Shown one piece after another: positions 1 to 12,022 of a stretch of 64,000 bases of DNA (position 1 is its first letter; each line of letters opens with the position of its first letter). Below the pieces are notes generated by a model that saw only the letters and a program-made list of their open reading frames with translations, ran no database searches and was not told the DNA's origin. The translations under genes were made by a program, and so were the position numbers. Location of the stretch: the NCBI GenBank assembly GCA_017499595.2, contig CM039006.1, positions 434,001-498,000 on the forward strand. The letters run 5' to 3'. This stretch comes from Psilocybe cubensis. Lineage: Eukaryota.

Positions 1-237
1 TATACAGGATACAGCTGCTATGCCCTATACCCTGATGCCCGTAACCCTCTACCCTAAATCTTAACGATTTCTATTCGAATTTCTATTATTCTCATATGTA
101 ACTTAGTTTTAACTATTATTAGATCAATATTCTTCAGATCGAACTAGACCTGTCAGCCCACCCCACCCCTGCAGTGAAAGTCCTTGTCGTAAAACAAGCT
201 CTCAAATTTTGCTTTATCTAATTGAATACATATATAT

Positions 238-392
238 TACTCATTCAATACAGTTCCAGCTTTACGTATATTTATTAATCATTTGATACAGCCCTAGCTT
301 TACGTGTACTTACTATTCATTCAATACAGCACAGACTTACGTGTCCTTACGTGTATTTCTTACTCATTCAATATAGCACTGGCTTTACGTAT
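238..392. repeat. Degenerate tandem repeat, about 4 copies of a ~38-48 bp unit (TACTCATTCAATACAG...GCTTTACGT)
   Basis: The cores CATTCAATA(C/T)AG or CATTTGATACAG and (C/T)TTACGT recur four times in the AT-rich block. Confidence 0.7.
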
Positions 393-764
393 AAAAATGT
401 ATAATACTAAATTAGTAAGTTTCTCTTGATATTGGTTATGCACTAACTCAAATGGAATAGAACAAGTATATATATATATATAACTAATGTTAGCAGTCAA
501 TTCTATTATATGTACGTTCTATTTATATGATTGATTTTTATCAAATCTATCAAATATACGGTCCAACTTCTACGGAATTAGCATGTTTTTGAAACAAGTA
601 TACAAAAGTTGTTTCATCATCATTTAGAATCTAACTGCATTTAAATTGTTTTTTTGTGGTCTAGCGGCCAACATACCTATCTAGCCGGTGTCTAGCATTT
701 TAATTTCCGTAACCCTGCATAATGTATACTAATTTGGCAATAGTGTGATGTAACCTAAAGCAAT

Positions 765-881
765 ATATTGTATTAATACAATGACAGTGGCGTTGATAGC
801 ACATATTGTATTAATACAATGATAGTGGCGTTGATAACACAGTATATTGTATTAATGCAATGGCAGTGGCGTTGATAGTAC
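765..881. repeat. Three tandem 38-bp units, each built around a 16-bp palindrome
   Basis: ATATTGTATTAATACAATGACAGTGGCGTTGATAGCAC at 765-802, with near-identical copies at 803-840 and 844-881. The core ATTGTATTAATACAAT is a perfect palindrome in copies 1-2 and has one mismatch in copy 3. Confidence 0.85.
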
Positions 882-1256
882 AGGACTATAGTAATGGAAG
901 CAATTAAAGAAAACTAAAACAGTATTAGTAACATAGCAACAGTGATATTGATGATGATAGATTTGATAATAGTATCAATACTATAGTGATATATTAATAG
1001 AAGTATTCAAATGACATCGGCATATTACTAATTGCACTAATTGTATAGCAACAAATGCATTGAAAATTAGTCATTTTATTAAATGGTGAAAAAATGACAC
1101 CATTTTATTAAACAGTGAGAAAATGGCGCCATTTTGTTATATTATATTAGTAATCTACTCTTGAGCTTGTCCTATTTAAAGCGTAAATTGCAATAACAAA
1201 GTTTTATTGCATCACATTCAAATCGTGTTTGTCGTTTATTAGTCCTTCTTGTCATT

Positions 1257-2228
1257 ATGGACTTTCTCAATTTGAATCAATATTCGGAACTTCTTCCGCC
1301 ATTTGATATAATATCAAGTAAGCAATTATATTATTTATATCTAAACATATTATACTTAAATCTAATTCATTTAGAATCTTTTGGCTATCTATTAAAAGAC
1401 ATCAATGCCGAAATCGAAACTGCCTTCATTATGAAATATGTTCCAATCAACCAACGTTGGACTGAGCTTGACACTTTAGGTGTCTGGAACAACCAGATCA
1501 AATGGAGGCGATATCAGCATAAATGTCTTATTGACCCATGGCATTATACTTTACGCAATTTTAGCGTATGTATTACATGTCATGCTAAAGAAGCAATATT
1601 TTCTGTATTTCCTTATGGATCTGATAGATTTCCTGGATACGGCACAATTGTCCAGGAATTTGTAGAATTTGGTTATAAAGAATATGCTATATATGCTTTA
1701 GTAAGTCATTTTACACTATATACTAATATTTTTATATTTATTTTTGCTATTTTAGGATGCTAATTCAGAGCTGATTGAAGGTTATTGTATTGAACCAATT
1801 ACCAACGACATTTACTGGCCAACAAACGACGTATTTGTTGTTTCTGTTAGCTCTATTAGTTTTGTGGCAGCATATTACTTGCTAGAACCAATTCTAAGCA
1901 GCAAGTATGTGGTATATGTTGCACTTGTATCCCGTTTCATCGACAAAACAGACTGGAAGAAATTTTTGGAGTTTTTCAATATCAAGGATTCCGAGGATAT
2001 TTACAAGCACATGACCACTATCCATATTTGTATGAACCAGTTTGAACGGGAAACAATGGTACGAAATTTATTATACTTTTATATGTCCTATTAATAAATA
2101 TTTATTTTTTATAGAATCGACCTCTTTTGGTAGAGTGGCACAAATTGCAGTCAACCGCAGAATTTGTTTGGAAAATATTATATATTAAATATATGGATCA
2201 CAAATTTGGTTATGATGCTGAAATATAA
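1257..2228 (+). CDS. Hypothetical protein, 267 aa, 4 exons, family not recognised
   Basis: Exons 1257-1317, 1375-1700, 1756-2058 and 2115-2228, separated by three GT-AG introns of 57, 55 and 56 nt, join into an open frame (MDFLNLNQYSELLPPFDIISKSFGYLL...YMDHKFGYDAEI*). A TATA-like TATTTAAA lies about 85 nt upstream. Confidence 0.75.
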
Positions 2229-2475
2229 TCTTTAGTATATAAATTATACATATACATAATTTTACTTTTTTTTTCTTTTTGACCAGAAATAATACAGAAA
2301 CAAGCAAAAACAAATAAGTATTAAAAATTGATTATTTTGCAATGCAAACAATACAATTAAAAACAAAGAAAAAAAGTAGCACGTTGGTGCATTGTGTTTC
2401 ACATACAAATATATTAAGTGATGTTGCGTGCTTAAGGAGAAGTCTTACAAAAATATATTATCTTGGCTATAAAAA

Positions 2476-3885
2476 GCCATAAGCCCTAAGAAGCTCTCTT
2501 AGAGGCTTGTCCGGATTCTGAAAGATTTTAGGCCAAAAATTTGGCATTTTATTTTCCATTTTTTATGGATTTGATAGCATTGCAGGCTAACCATTGTCTG
2601 GATCTGATGGATTTGATACTAAAACTGCAAATTATTAGGACATTTTCCAGTATTAAAGAATATTTGTACATTCTAAAATTCAGTTTAAATAGAAAAAATA
2701 AAATACAAAATCCATTAAATATGCCCAAATGCCTGGACTCGTAAGTTCAGGTTTAGAATGTTAGCATATTGTACAAAAAAGAAAATTCGGACATGTCTCA
2801 ACTGGCCTAGATTGCTCTAGCCAAGTGCTGTCACCACAGTGCAGTGCAGTGACAGTGCAGCATAATTTTTAGCAGTGTGACACGCTTCACAGTTATCACA
2901 GTTTACTGTGAAGTACTGTGAAGTGACCAATGACGTCACACATAATCACGCAGTTCCTTGCCCACATACATAGCGTTTGTTACAGAAGATGGCTATGTCC
3001 AGTACTATTGTCTGATGTTTTATTACCTACAATTCAGAATTTATTTCTGAACATTATATCCCCTTGTTAGACAGTGACCAACCCATAAGTGTAGAAGAAA
3101 AACTGTTATCATGTAATGGATCCGACAAGATCCAAACAAGATTATGAGATTCTAGTAGAAAGTGTGATAAGATTAGATATACTCTGCAGATAAGATTAGA
3201 TACAAAAACCAGTGTTTGTACTTAATAAATAAAACCATTTCGTAACACCTAAGCAACACTCTCAAGTCTCATTGTGAAAGCATAGACACATTGCTACATG
3301 TTTTTATTCACTTTTAAGTATAATATTGTATTCTTGCCACCCAGACTGAGATGTTTCTTTCCGATTGCAGAAAGTTTTATCGAAATTGCACATTTTTGAG
3401 GACAAAAATCTATTTAAGCTTTTATCAAGCTTGTGTAGGTTACTTAAAAAGTAACCTAGAAGAGAATTTTTGTTTCCAATTGTAATAGTCCTTCATTTTA
3501 AGGCCATACTAAATCATAATGTTGAACAGAAAGAAAGGGCAGGAATTGCATAAATGTCCTCGTAACCATGGCTTGACAAAATAACATAAATTTACGGCAC
3601 ACTGTGCACAGCCTTCACAGTGACTGTGGTACGCTGTGCAGTATATCGGAGTGTGAAAAATCACAGTGCAGTCCTGTCCTGTGGCGGCAGCACTACTCTA
3701 GTCTTACAAAAAGAAGTTAAGATAAAGCATGTTTTTAAAAAAAAAACGCAGTGCAAGGCGAAGTTGTGTTGGAGAAGTAATATTGGCAAGGGATAGTTTA
3801 GGTCTGTTTGGTTTTGCAGATTTGAGGGCCAAAATTGGCAAAATTCCAGACAAGCTCTTAGGAAAGTTTCCCGGAGCCTGAAGCT
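2476..3885. mobile_element. Old, diverged inverted-repeat (TIR-type) element remnant hosting the MITE at 2823-3695; true ends unresolved
   Basis: About 2476-2544 aligns without gaps to the reverse complement of about 3817-3885 at roughly 60% identity by my count. Most mismatches are transitions (core GGCTTGTCCGGA versus AGCTTGTCTGGA). Confidence 0.4.
2823..3695. mobile_element. Non-autonomous hAT-like element (MITE), 873 bp
   Basis: TIRs AAGTGCTGTCACCACAG (2823) and CTGTGGCGGCAGCACTA (ends 3695) match at 14/17. The 8-bp TSD reads CTCTAGCC (2815-2822) and CTCTAGTC (3696-3703). CACAG/CTGTG subterminal repeats are dense at both ends. Confidence 0.8.
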
Positions 3886-4318
3886 GTCTTGTCGGTAGCA
3901 GCTAGAAATGAAAATAAGCCATTAAAATAAATCAACGGTCAAACCAAACATCTGGTCAATGATAGTATTGGTATTGGTATTATTGCCTTAGCAAAGCCCA
4001 GAGTCCAGGCCTGCCCGTCAGGGCCATTGCGAGGAATTAACAGAACTCAATAGATGCCACTTATGATAAATTTATCTTCTAATTGGATCCCATAATACCA
4101 TATATCATTAAAGCGAGCACTGTACTGATGATCTCGATACCTTGTTTTTATATGGTGGCGTAAACTTCAACTGCGAACAGATACGATAAGGATATTTCCA
4201 CAAAAATAAAATTGTTATATAATGTATACAAGTTATGAAGAAATCAGTGTAAATCTAAATGATATATCTAAGTATTAGGTTATTAATGCGTCAAACGCGA
4301 CGAGCCCCAGGCGCGAAT

Positions 4319-5711
4319 TTAAGCAATGATAACTTTGCGAGTTTTCTGGATCTCAAGACCCTCGTCACCGAAGTACCTTCCGGACCCGAAGTTCCACTCG
4401 TCGTGACCACGGATCCATTGACCTATTGACAATTAAAAACTTAGCAGGAATTTGAAGGAAGAAAAGCGTGTACTGACCAAGTCCCTCAACGTAAGCTTCA
4501 ACTTGACGGTCCATTTCGGGGCCGTAAGATGGGAAGTTGGTCTTGGTCATAACCTCCTGGCGCAACTTAAGGAAGTTGTCGACGATCTCGTCGTGGAGAT
4601 CAGAGATCCACTGAATGCCTTCGTCGACACCAACTTTGTTATTGTGCATCACAACTGTGACAGCGTTGTAGTCGGCGTCGTCAACCAGGATCTCCTTCTT
4701 GTAGGAGCACATGTCCTGAGAGTATGAATTAAGGGTCAGATATAATGAATAAGTATTTTCGACGGGAACTTACGTTGGCGAGAACTATCATATCAGTGGT
4801 GTCCCTGTTGAGACGAACGATGGTTGGGTGCTCCATGATGTGGTGAGGAATGTCGACCTCGAGGGACATCTCCAAGAAGGTGAAAGATGGGTCAGAACCA
4901 ATGTTGTCGCGCCTTGCGACCATGTACTCGTCGATGGTGCAGATGTAATGGGATCTGTCGCGGCGAGAAGCCTGCAGGATGACGGAATCGAGATAGGAGC
5001 GCCAAGCCTTAACAAAGCGCTCCTTAGTGGCTTGTGGGGCATAAGCGGACGCGCGCTTCCAGAACCTATTAATTTACCGTGCTCAATATATGAATCCTTT
5101 GAAATTTTGATATATCAACTTACTGGCGTGCAATCTCGCCGATGATGGGCTCTCCAGCAGGACGGGGCTTGTCAGGGTTAAGAATAGCATCCATGGTGGC
5201 CTCGCAGTGGACCTTGGTCTCCTCAGTGTTCAAAGGATCGGTGTGCTCATCGAGAGTAAAGAAGGTGTGCATCAAGTCGCAGGCGCTTCGGAGGTTGTCT
5301 AGACCGGTAATTATTAGGACATTGCGATTAAACGTCCGGCGACAAATCGACTTACAATGAGTGGCCTTGGGGAAGGTCAAAGCGGACACAAGACCTGCAA
5401 ATAGATGAAAATATTCGTTGAGCATCCGGGTTCTGGTCACATTAAAGCGGATAGGAGAACTCACTGAAATCACACTTGTTGAATGCGACCTGCGCAGCGG
5501 GAGAGAAAGGCTTGAAGCTTTCAAGCCATGCAACGGACTCGGCTTGAGCGGCGCGATAGTAAGGACTGATGATGCGTTCGTAAGGCCAGTTGCGCAAAGT
5601 ATCGGGAAGCATGTAGAAAGGAGGCTCCGCGGCCTGTTTCTCTTCAGGGTTGGCAGCCACGGGAACTTTAGGCTCGGTAGAAGCGACAGTTGCAACGTTA
5701 GCGGTGGACAT
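4319..5711 (-). CDS. Class I terpene cyclase (sesquiterpene synthase), 6 exons
   Basis: The spliced product has RSACDLMHTFFTLDEHTD (Asp-rich DExxD motif), RRDNIG, the NSE motif NDMCSYKKE, and C-terminal WIRGHDEWNFGSGRYF (RY pair). Start MSTAN at 5711; stop TAA at 4319-4321. Confidence 0.95.
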
Positions 5712-7969
5712 CTTAGCGAAATTGAAGATTGAGCTGAGGAGGCTTGGATGAGGTGGCTTGGATGAAAGGTTGAAGAACCTGATGAGGAATTTCTGGAGCG
5801 CAGATGCCCGTCTTTATAGGTACTTTCTCAAGTTACCTTGACTAATTATTTTGTGGTCATTCATACATTCCAAGATACGAGCTTGGGGGAGCTGGAAGAT
5901 TTTTTTACTTGGTACTCAAACAGCTTACCATCGCCGCACCTCTAGCATCACCTCGCGGCCAGACTGATCTACTCCGTCGTTACCGGCGGGGTTGTTCCTG
6001 TGCGAGGGAGCGCCGTTGTGGTGAAAATATCACCCAGGTCTAGCTGACTGGGCATCTATTATTCCCTGATACAGAAAGTCGGCGTCGCTTTGGATTTACC
6101 CCATTCCTCAACGCAAATCAATTGAGCAAGTTTCTTTGGTCAAAGGCGCAGGGTCACCAAAGATCGTCATGGTACCTTTCAGATACGTTTGAATCAATTT
6201 CCCAGTGGGAAATTTCTACTTCAGGTCAGAAAATGAACCCAAACCCTTGCTTTTGGAGACATTTTCCACACTCTCAGTAACTAGAGAATAATTTAAGGAT
6301 GGCCCGAAGCGTGCGAAGATAACTACCTCCCGCGTAATTCGGTACAACCGTATGATAATTGATTGGAGCTTCCTATGATCGAATCTCTAATAGCCTCCAG
6401 CACAGCAAGATGATTACATCCTGATTTCTTTGAAATCATGCGGGACTATCTCAATGAAGGATGCAATGTCAGTATTTTATAGATGGAGCTTAAGCGCTCA
6501 AGCTGATACCAATCGAAATATGATCTTGTTAAACATGCTCAATTAGTATATACCATGTCAAAGTCCTCTTGGTTTCGATGGTGTCTCTTACCTCTTCACT
6601 ACTGCAAAATCATAACGCATTGAGGGTTCGGCTACGGCTGATGTAGACTCATGAATGTGGAAGTCTCCAATCCGCTATCGACAGGACGAGTTTAGGGTGG
6701 TCGAATGCAAAGTCGGGGTCCATTTGCTCAGGAATGTTCATTATTGCTCGGTATCTGAATGCTAAACCAACATCACAGGGATCCGAGTCTCTGGCATAAT
6801 CAACCAAAGATCTTCAGTAACACACATAGACAATGCTCATTAGCCATTCAGGATGCAATCAACCTCAAGAAATTTGCGTATTGGGACCGTCTATGTAGAG
6901 CGTACTCGGGTTCCGTATCGTTCTGTGACCATTTCAGTGGCTAAATTAGCCTTTTTTTTACCCCAAATCTACTCTCAGTTGCGTCGTTATTCTTCACATA
7001 CCGTTCGGCTTCTCCGCTCTCGTTCGGGCTAAGAACATATTTCAACGGATGCGTAGCTAGCGCTGAGAATTTTCATGCAACTTTTAACTAGTATGCGCCC
7101 CATCTCGTAGCATGATTGAGCACTTGAATAAAAACATATTTTGCTATGATGCACTCAGCAAATATTCCGATTTGAACATGCCAAATGTGATTGATACTGT
7201 TTTCGAACGGCCACTGGCAGTGACTGGTTTTGCCATGTGTTTTCCAGGTCTGAATCTTTCAAACTCTGGCCTAGGGGACTCCGGTAAATGAGATCTACGT
7301 TCCGTTATAGAAGTTGTTCCAAAGCGTACCTCATCTTGGTTCCAAGAGCCGGGTAAAGCGCCTCTTATGATATTTCCACTGATCTGACTTTTGCCAGTAA
7401 CTTTCCAGAGTTGGAAGTGCTAATTATTTCGGGCTGATGGCCGGCCGTGACATTTTTGACGAATCGCCAACAATGTCGGAATCACATAAACATTTTGAAA
7501 TTTAGGATGTCTGGCTTAAGGAAGTATAGCAGAGTAGACAAGCTTGATACTCATATATATTAACTCAATAAGCTCTGTAATATTTTTATTACATTGCTCT
7601 AGTTCTAATAATCAGTTGTAGAAAGGTGCGACCCTCAGATCATGTTCGGAGAATGTCATCCCGTAAAAGTCGGCGGACCTCGTTCGGACCCGGGTTCATG
7701 GAGTAATTTTAGTTGAACACCTATTCTTGCATAATACACTTTGGCTTGAACTCCCAAGAAAGCGAGGCAGAGTAGCAGATCCTCAGAATTATCTTGCCTT
7801 TATGGAGTTCTCCATGCCCGCAGGACATCGGCGACTTGGGTTGGTTTGATGGGTTCGTCGTCATTCCTTTATACAAGAAGTTTTGAGTAATACTTTTGCC
7901 ATTCATTTAAGTAGCATTCGATCCTTTGGTGGCACGATATTGGACCTGCTCTCACATCACTCCAGAGAC

Positions 7970-10366
7970 ATGAGCTCCGTACTAACATCTGCCGCCTCTT
8001 TTGTTGGAGAACTTCCAGCCAGCTTTTGGTATTCCATTCCTCCCGCCATCTTCATTGTTTTTCTTTTCGTACGCGGCGGACTGCGATGGCAAACGTTGAA
8101 GAACGTGCGAGGTCCTCCTCAGGGGGGATGGCTCTTGGGTCATCAAACTGAATTTTACCAACAAATTGATGTCGGCGAGCTCGATTTCGCATGGCACAAT
8201 GCGTATGGTGGTGCTTGGAAAATCGATGGATGCTTTGGGGTATGTTTTTTTTGTTGCAGTGAAATCGAGATGCGTTATCTGACCCTTCAATGTAGCGTAA
8301 CATTCTGATGCTCTCGGACCCCGCTGCTATTCATCACACCATCCATACCATGGGCTATGACTACCCCAAGACTACTGAGAGTAAAACATTCACTGGCCTG
8401 GCGTTTGGACGAGGTGTCTCATGGGCAGGAGGTAAGTTTTCTCTAGTTGCCATGCATACTTAAAACTGATTTTCGGCAGGCGAAACTCACGTTCGCCACC
8501 GCAAACTTTTGGCGCCTGCCTTTACCGCCCAGGCTCAACGACCTTTCTATCCCGTTTTCAGACGTGTTGCAGGCCAGGTGAGTACTTTCAATGCATCAGA
8601 AGTTCCATTATTTATGCAACTGCCCATCATGGCTAGCTTACTTCCCAGTGGAGAGATAAGCTCCAGGAGGGCGATTGTTCCGAGTTCCAGACTATTGAAA
8701 TTTGCCGTGGCCTTACCAACGCAACCCTTGACATCATCGGAGAAGGTAAATACCTTCCAGTACTTAATAGGTAATGGGGTTTAACCTCGTCGAAACAGCC
8801 GTTTTCGACTACCATTTCGGTTCGCTCGACAAGCTTGGAGAGAAGAACGAGTTTGCTGACTGCTTCCACAACTTATTGTGCGTGGGATATCTCTGGTTGA
8901 ACATGACTGATTTCTTACTCATATCTGTATTCCATAGCGCCGATTCCAACTTGTTCCCCCCCAATGCCGCTATCCTCTTCGCTGCTAGCTGGGCTTACTG
9001 GCCTGAGTTCCTTCTCCGCAAAGTCGAGCATCTGCCATTCCGTCAATTTATCCGGTTCAAGGAATTCCTTACTATCGGCAAAAGACTCGGCAAGGAACTC
9101 ATCGTCAATCAGGCCGCTGCTGTTGATGGGAAAAAGCGTCGCGACATCTTGAGCATTTTGGGTTAGTTTCGGCTTTTTATTAATCATATTACTACTCTAA
9201 CAAGTCGCGCAGTTGAAGCCAACGAAGCTACAAAGAAGGCTGACCGTCTCAGTGAAGACGAGGTTCTTTCACAAGTGACGTTCGTATATTTCTGATTATT
9301 GACATGGCTTCCGAAGCCTGACGGTTCCACAATCCTTCAGCACGCTTCTCTTTGCTGGACATGAGACCACCGCCACAACACTCACCTGGATTATGTACGA
9401 GCTTGCCCGACACCCTGAGGACCAAGAACGCGTACGAGAGGAAATCCGAACTAAGCGCCAGAAGGTCACCGCCAATGGACAAAAGGACTTTACATCCACC
9501 GATCTCGAAAGCTTCACATTCACCAACGCTTGTATCAAGGTAAGCAACGTTCAATGCCAAATTTGAGCGATGCTGATCACCAAATTTATGTAGGAGGGTC
9601 TCCGTATGCACCCGGTACGTTCGCAAAGATACCACCTCCGCACTAATAAACTGACGTTCTCGGACTCATGTGTAGATTTCTCCCTGGATGTAAGTGTGAT
9701 TTCCTCAGTACGTGCTTGGAAACACCGCTTATACATAATGCATTCGCAGTACCCGTGAAGCCCGTGTCGACGACGTCATCCCTCTGCATGAGCCCATCAT
9801 TGGCGTTGACGGCAAGGTCATGAATCAAGTTGAGGTGGTCGCTGGCCAGCCCGTTCTTGTCTCTACGTGTGCTTACAACCGGTACGTTGAAGCCTGGCAC
9901 ATTCAATTGCCCTTTCTTACGCATTCTTAGTCATCCTGCTGTCTGGGGCCCTGATTCTCATGAGTGGAACCCTCGTCGTCACTTGAACCAGGAAATGAAG
10001 GACAAACAAATCCCCGTTGGTGTTTACTCCAACCTGTATGATTTCCTTTTCCAAACATGTATATTATCGGTGTTGACACGTCTTCTCAGCTTGACCTTTG
10101 CTGGTGGACCTTCCGGCTGCATGGGATGGAGATTTGCGTCAGTCTTTTTACTTAACAGGGCTATATGTTTATACTCAAACATGATTTCCAGCTTGACTGA
10201 GATGCAATCGACCGTCGTTGAGCTCGTGGAGAACTTTGAGTTCTGCCCACCTCTAGACAAGAACGCTAAGATGCTGCGCACCCCCGTCGGAGCCATTATG
10301 GCCCCTATGATTGAGGGCAAATTCGATGAGCGCACCCAGATGCCTCTCGGCGTTCGCCCTCTGTAA
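7970..10366 (+). CDS. Cytochrome P450 monooxygenase, about 14 exons
   Basis: N-terminal membrane anchor then GPP, I-helix AGHETT, ExxR (KEGLRMHP), PERF-like WNPRRH and heme motif FAGGPSGCMG. About 13 short GT-AG introns. Divergent from the terpene synthase. Confidence 0.95.
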
Positions 10367-12022
10367 ACGAGCCCATCGCGGCAACACCTCTATTCCATTC
10401 CTTAATTTTGCAGCATCACTTCATATATGGTATTAGAATCTTATATCAGTCATACTACTAGTCATACAACCCGTCAATGAAATAGACGTGCACCGGCACG
10501 ATCGTCCCTGTACTTTCACTTTACCAAATATTATTTCCTTTTTGTGCATTACAAAGTGTGATGTGTCGGCCATTACCTGAAGTATAACATCACAACCTGA
10601 TGGTATTCTGGAAACGGACTCACAAGTAAGAGTTTCCGTAGTGTAATATAGAATTGGCTTTTGTAGAGTAAAGACACCTATAATTCCCGTGAACTGTCTG
10701 GGTCTACTTTCGACTCGAATCCGTCGCTGGCTACATAGTCGGCGAAAGATTTTCCATTCCTCGAAGAACTACTGAGATATAATGCTTATCTACTGCCAAA
10801 TTCGTGGTAACCATTGAGTGACATTGACTTGTGATAGGTATATTTGATTGTCAGGTGGGATAACGAGCTACGGGCAGTGCAAAGTCTCAAGATCTCAATA
10901 GTTGTAAAAATAGATTGGGTAAATATGTTGAGATTTCAAGAACAAACTCCATTAATACCATAGTACCACCGACATTGCGATTTTACAATGATATGGTATA
11001 TGTGGGCTGGTCATAGATCAGGAGGGGTGTGGAAGTGCTATTCTTACAATACGTCACCTACTCGACAGTGAACAAGTATGCTCCCTGAAGTTTCTGTTTT
11101 GGACTTAATTTAAAGGCCCACGGTCGGCGAAACTATGCCGAAGCGGAGACTAGATATTTACGGCAAATGCCGCTTTACCAGATACCCTCGGACACAGACA
11201 TCGTACGAAAGTTCTCCCTTTTTCTCCCGTTCAGTCTCTGATTTCTGTTTCTGGTTTTTGTCATTCTGCCACACAAAAACAGTTATTGGGGCCAAATCGA
11301 GTAACAGGTGCCAAACAGACCGACTGTCTCTGACACGTCAAATTGTTGCAACAGCCCGCAACACTCATGACTGGTGCCCCAGTGTAACCACGCTCTAATG
11401 CTGCATAATATGGTTCGCCTCTGTGTATAATCATGACATGGTCTAGAAATCCTTATACTGAAGGCTCGTCATATGGCAATAACAGCATATCGATGGAACC
11501 GAGACCAGACCGGGAATGGTTGGAATCCGTTCCAGTTCAATCGTTAGGGACCAGCAGTTAACAATAGTATTGCGAACTGACATCAAGGCAGATTGTGCAA
11601 CGGGTACTTGCACACCAGCTCCGATCATAGTCATGTACTACAAGGTCGACGAGAATTAGACACTTCTTATAATAGCCTGACATCTTGTTATGTTTTATTT
11701 ATCTGAAGGTCTAGCTTCTCCCTAAGATATTTGACAGTTCTTCACACCAGTCTTCTCCTTGTTTCCCTTCCTCTATCACCTTGGGAGGGTCTCATCATCA
11801 TTTTTTCTTTCAGGTAGGCCTTTTGTTCTGCACATTCAATGATACTACACTGAATGTTTTGTCTCTTCACAGCAGCTTTTTTATTCCTTACTTTTCCCCT
11901 ATCTTTATCCATTTCTTTTCCTCTTCTTACCAGGAGCAGGCTTCCTTTTCTGAATCCTACTATCAGCATACGATCACCGACTTTCTTTACTCTTCGAAAA
12001 ATCACGTTCATTAAGGATCAAA

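Noticed and set aside
765-881. CRISPR-like array
   Set aside because: The repeats are contiguous with no unique spacers, there are no cas genes, and the context is eukaryotic.
3995-4030. GC-rich imperfect hairpin as the right terminus of the AT-rich block
   Set aside because: No CTRR follows it and no partner TIR or TSD is visible in the window.
7647-7663. CGG-N11-CCG (Gal4-type Zn2Cys6 site) in the cyclase-P450 intergenic region
   Set aside because: A single 6-bp-specified motif is expected by chance in about 2 kb, and no Zn2Cys6 gene is in the window.
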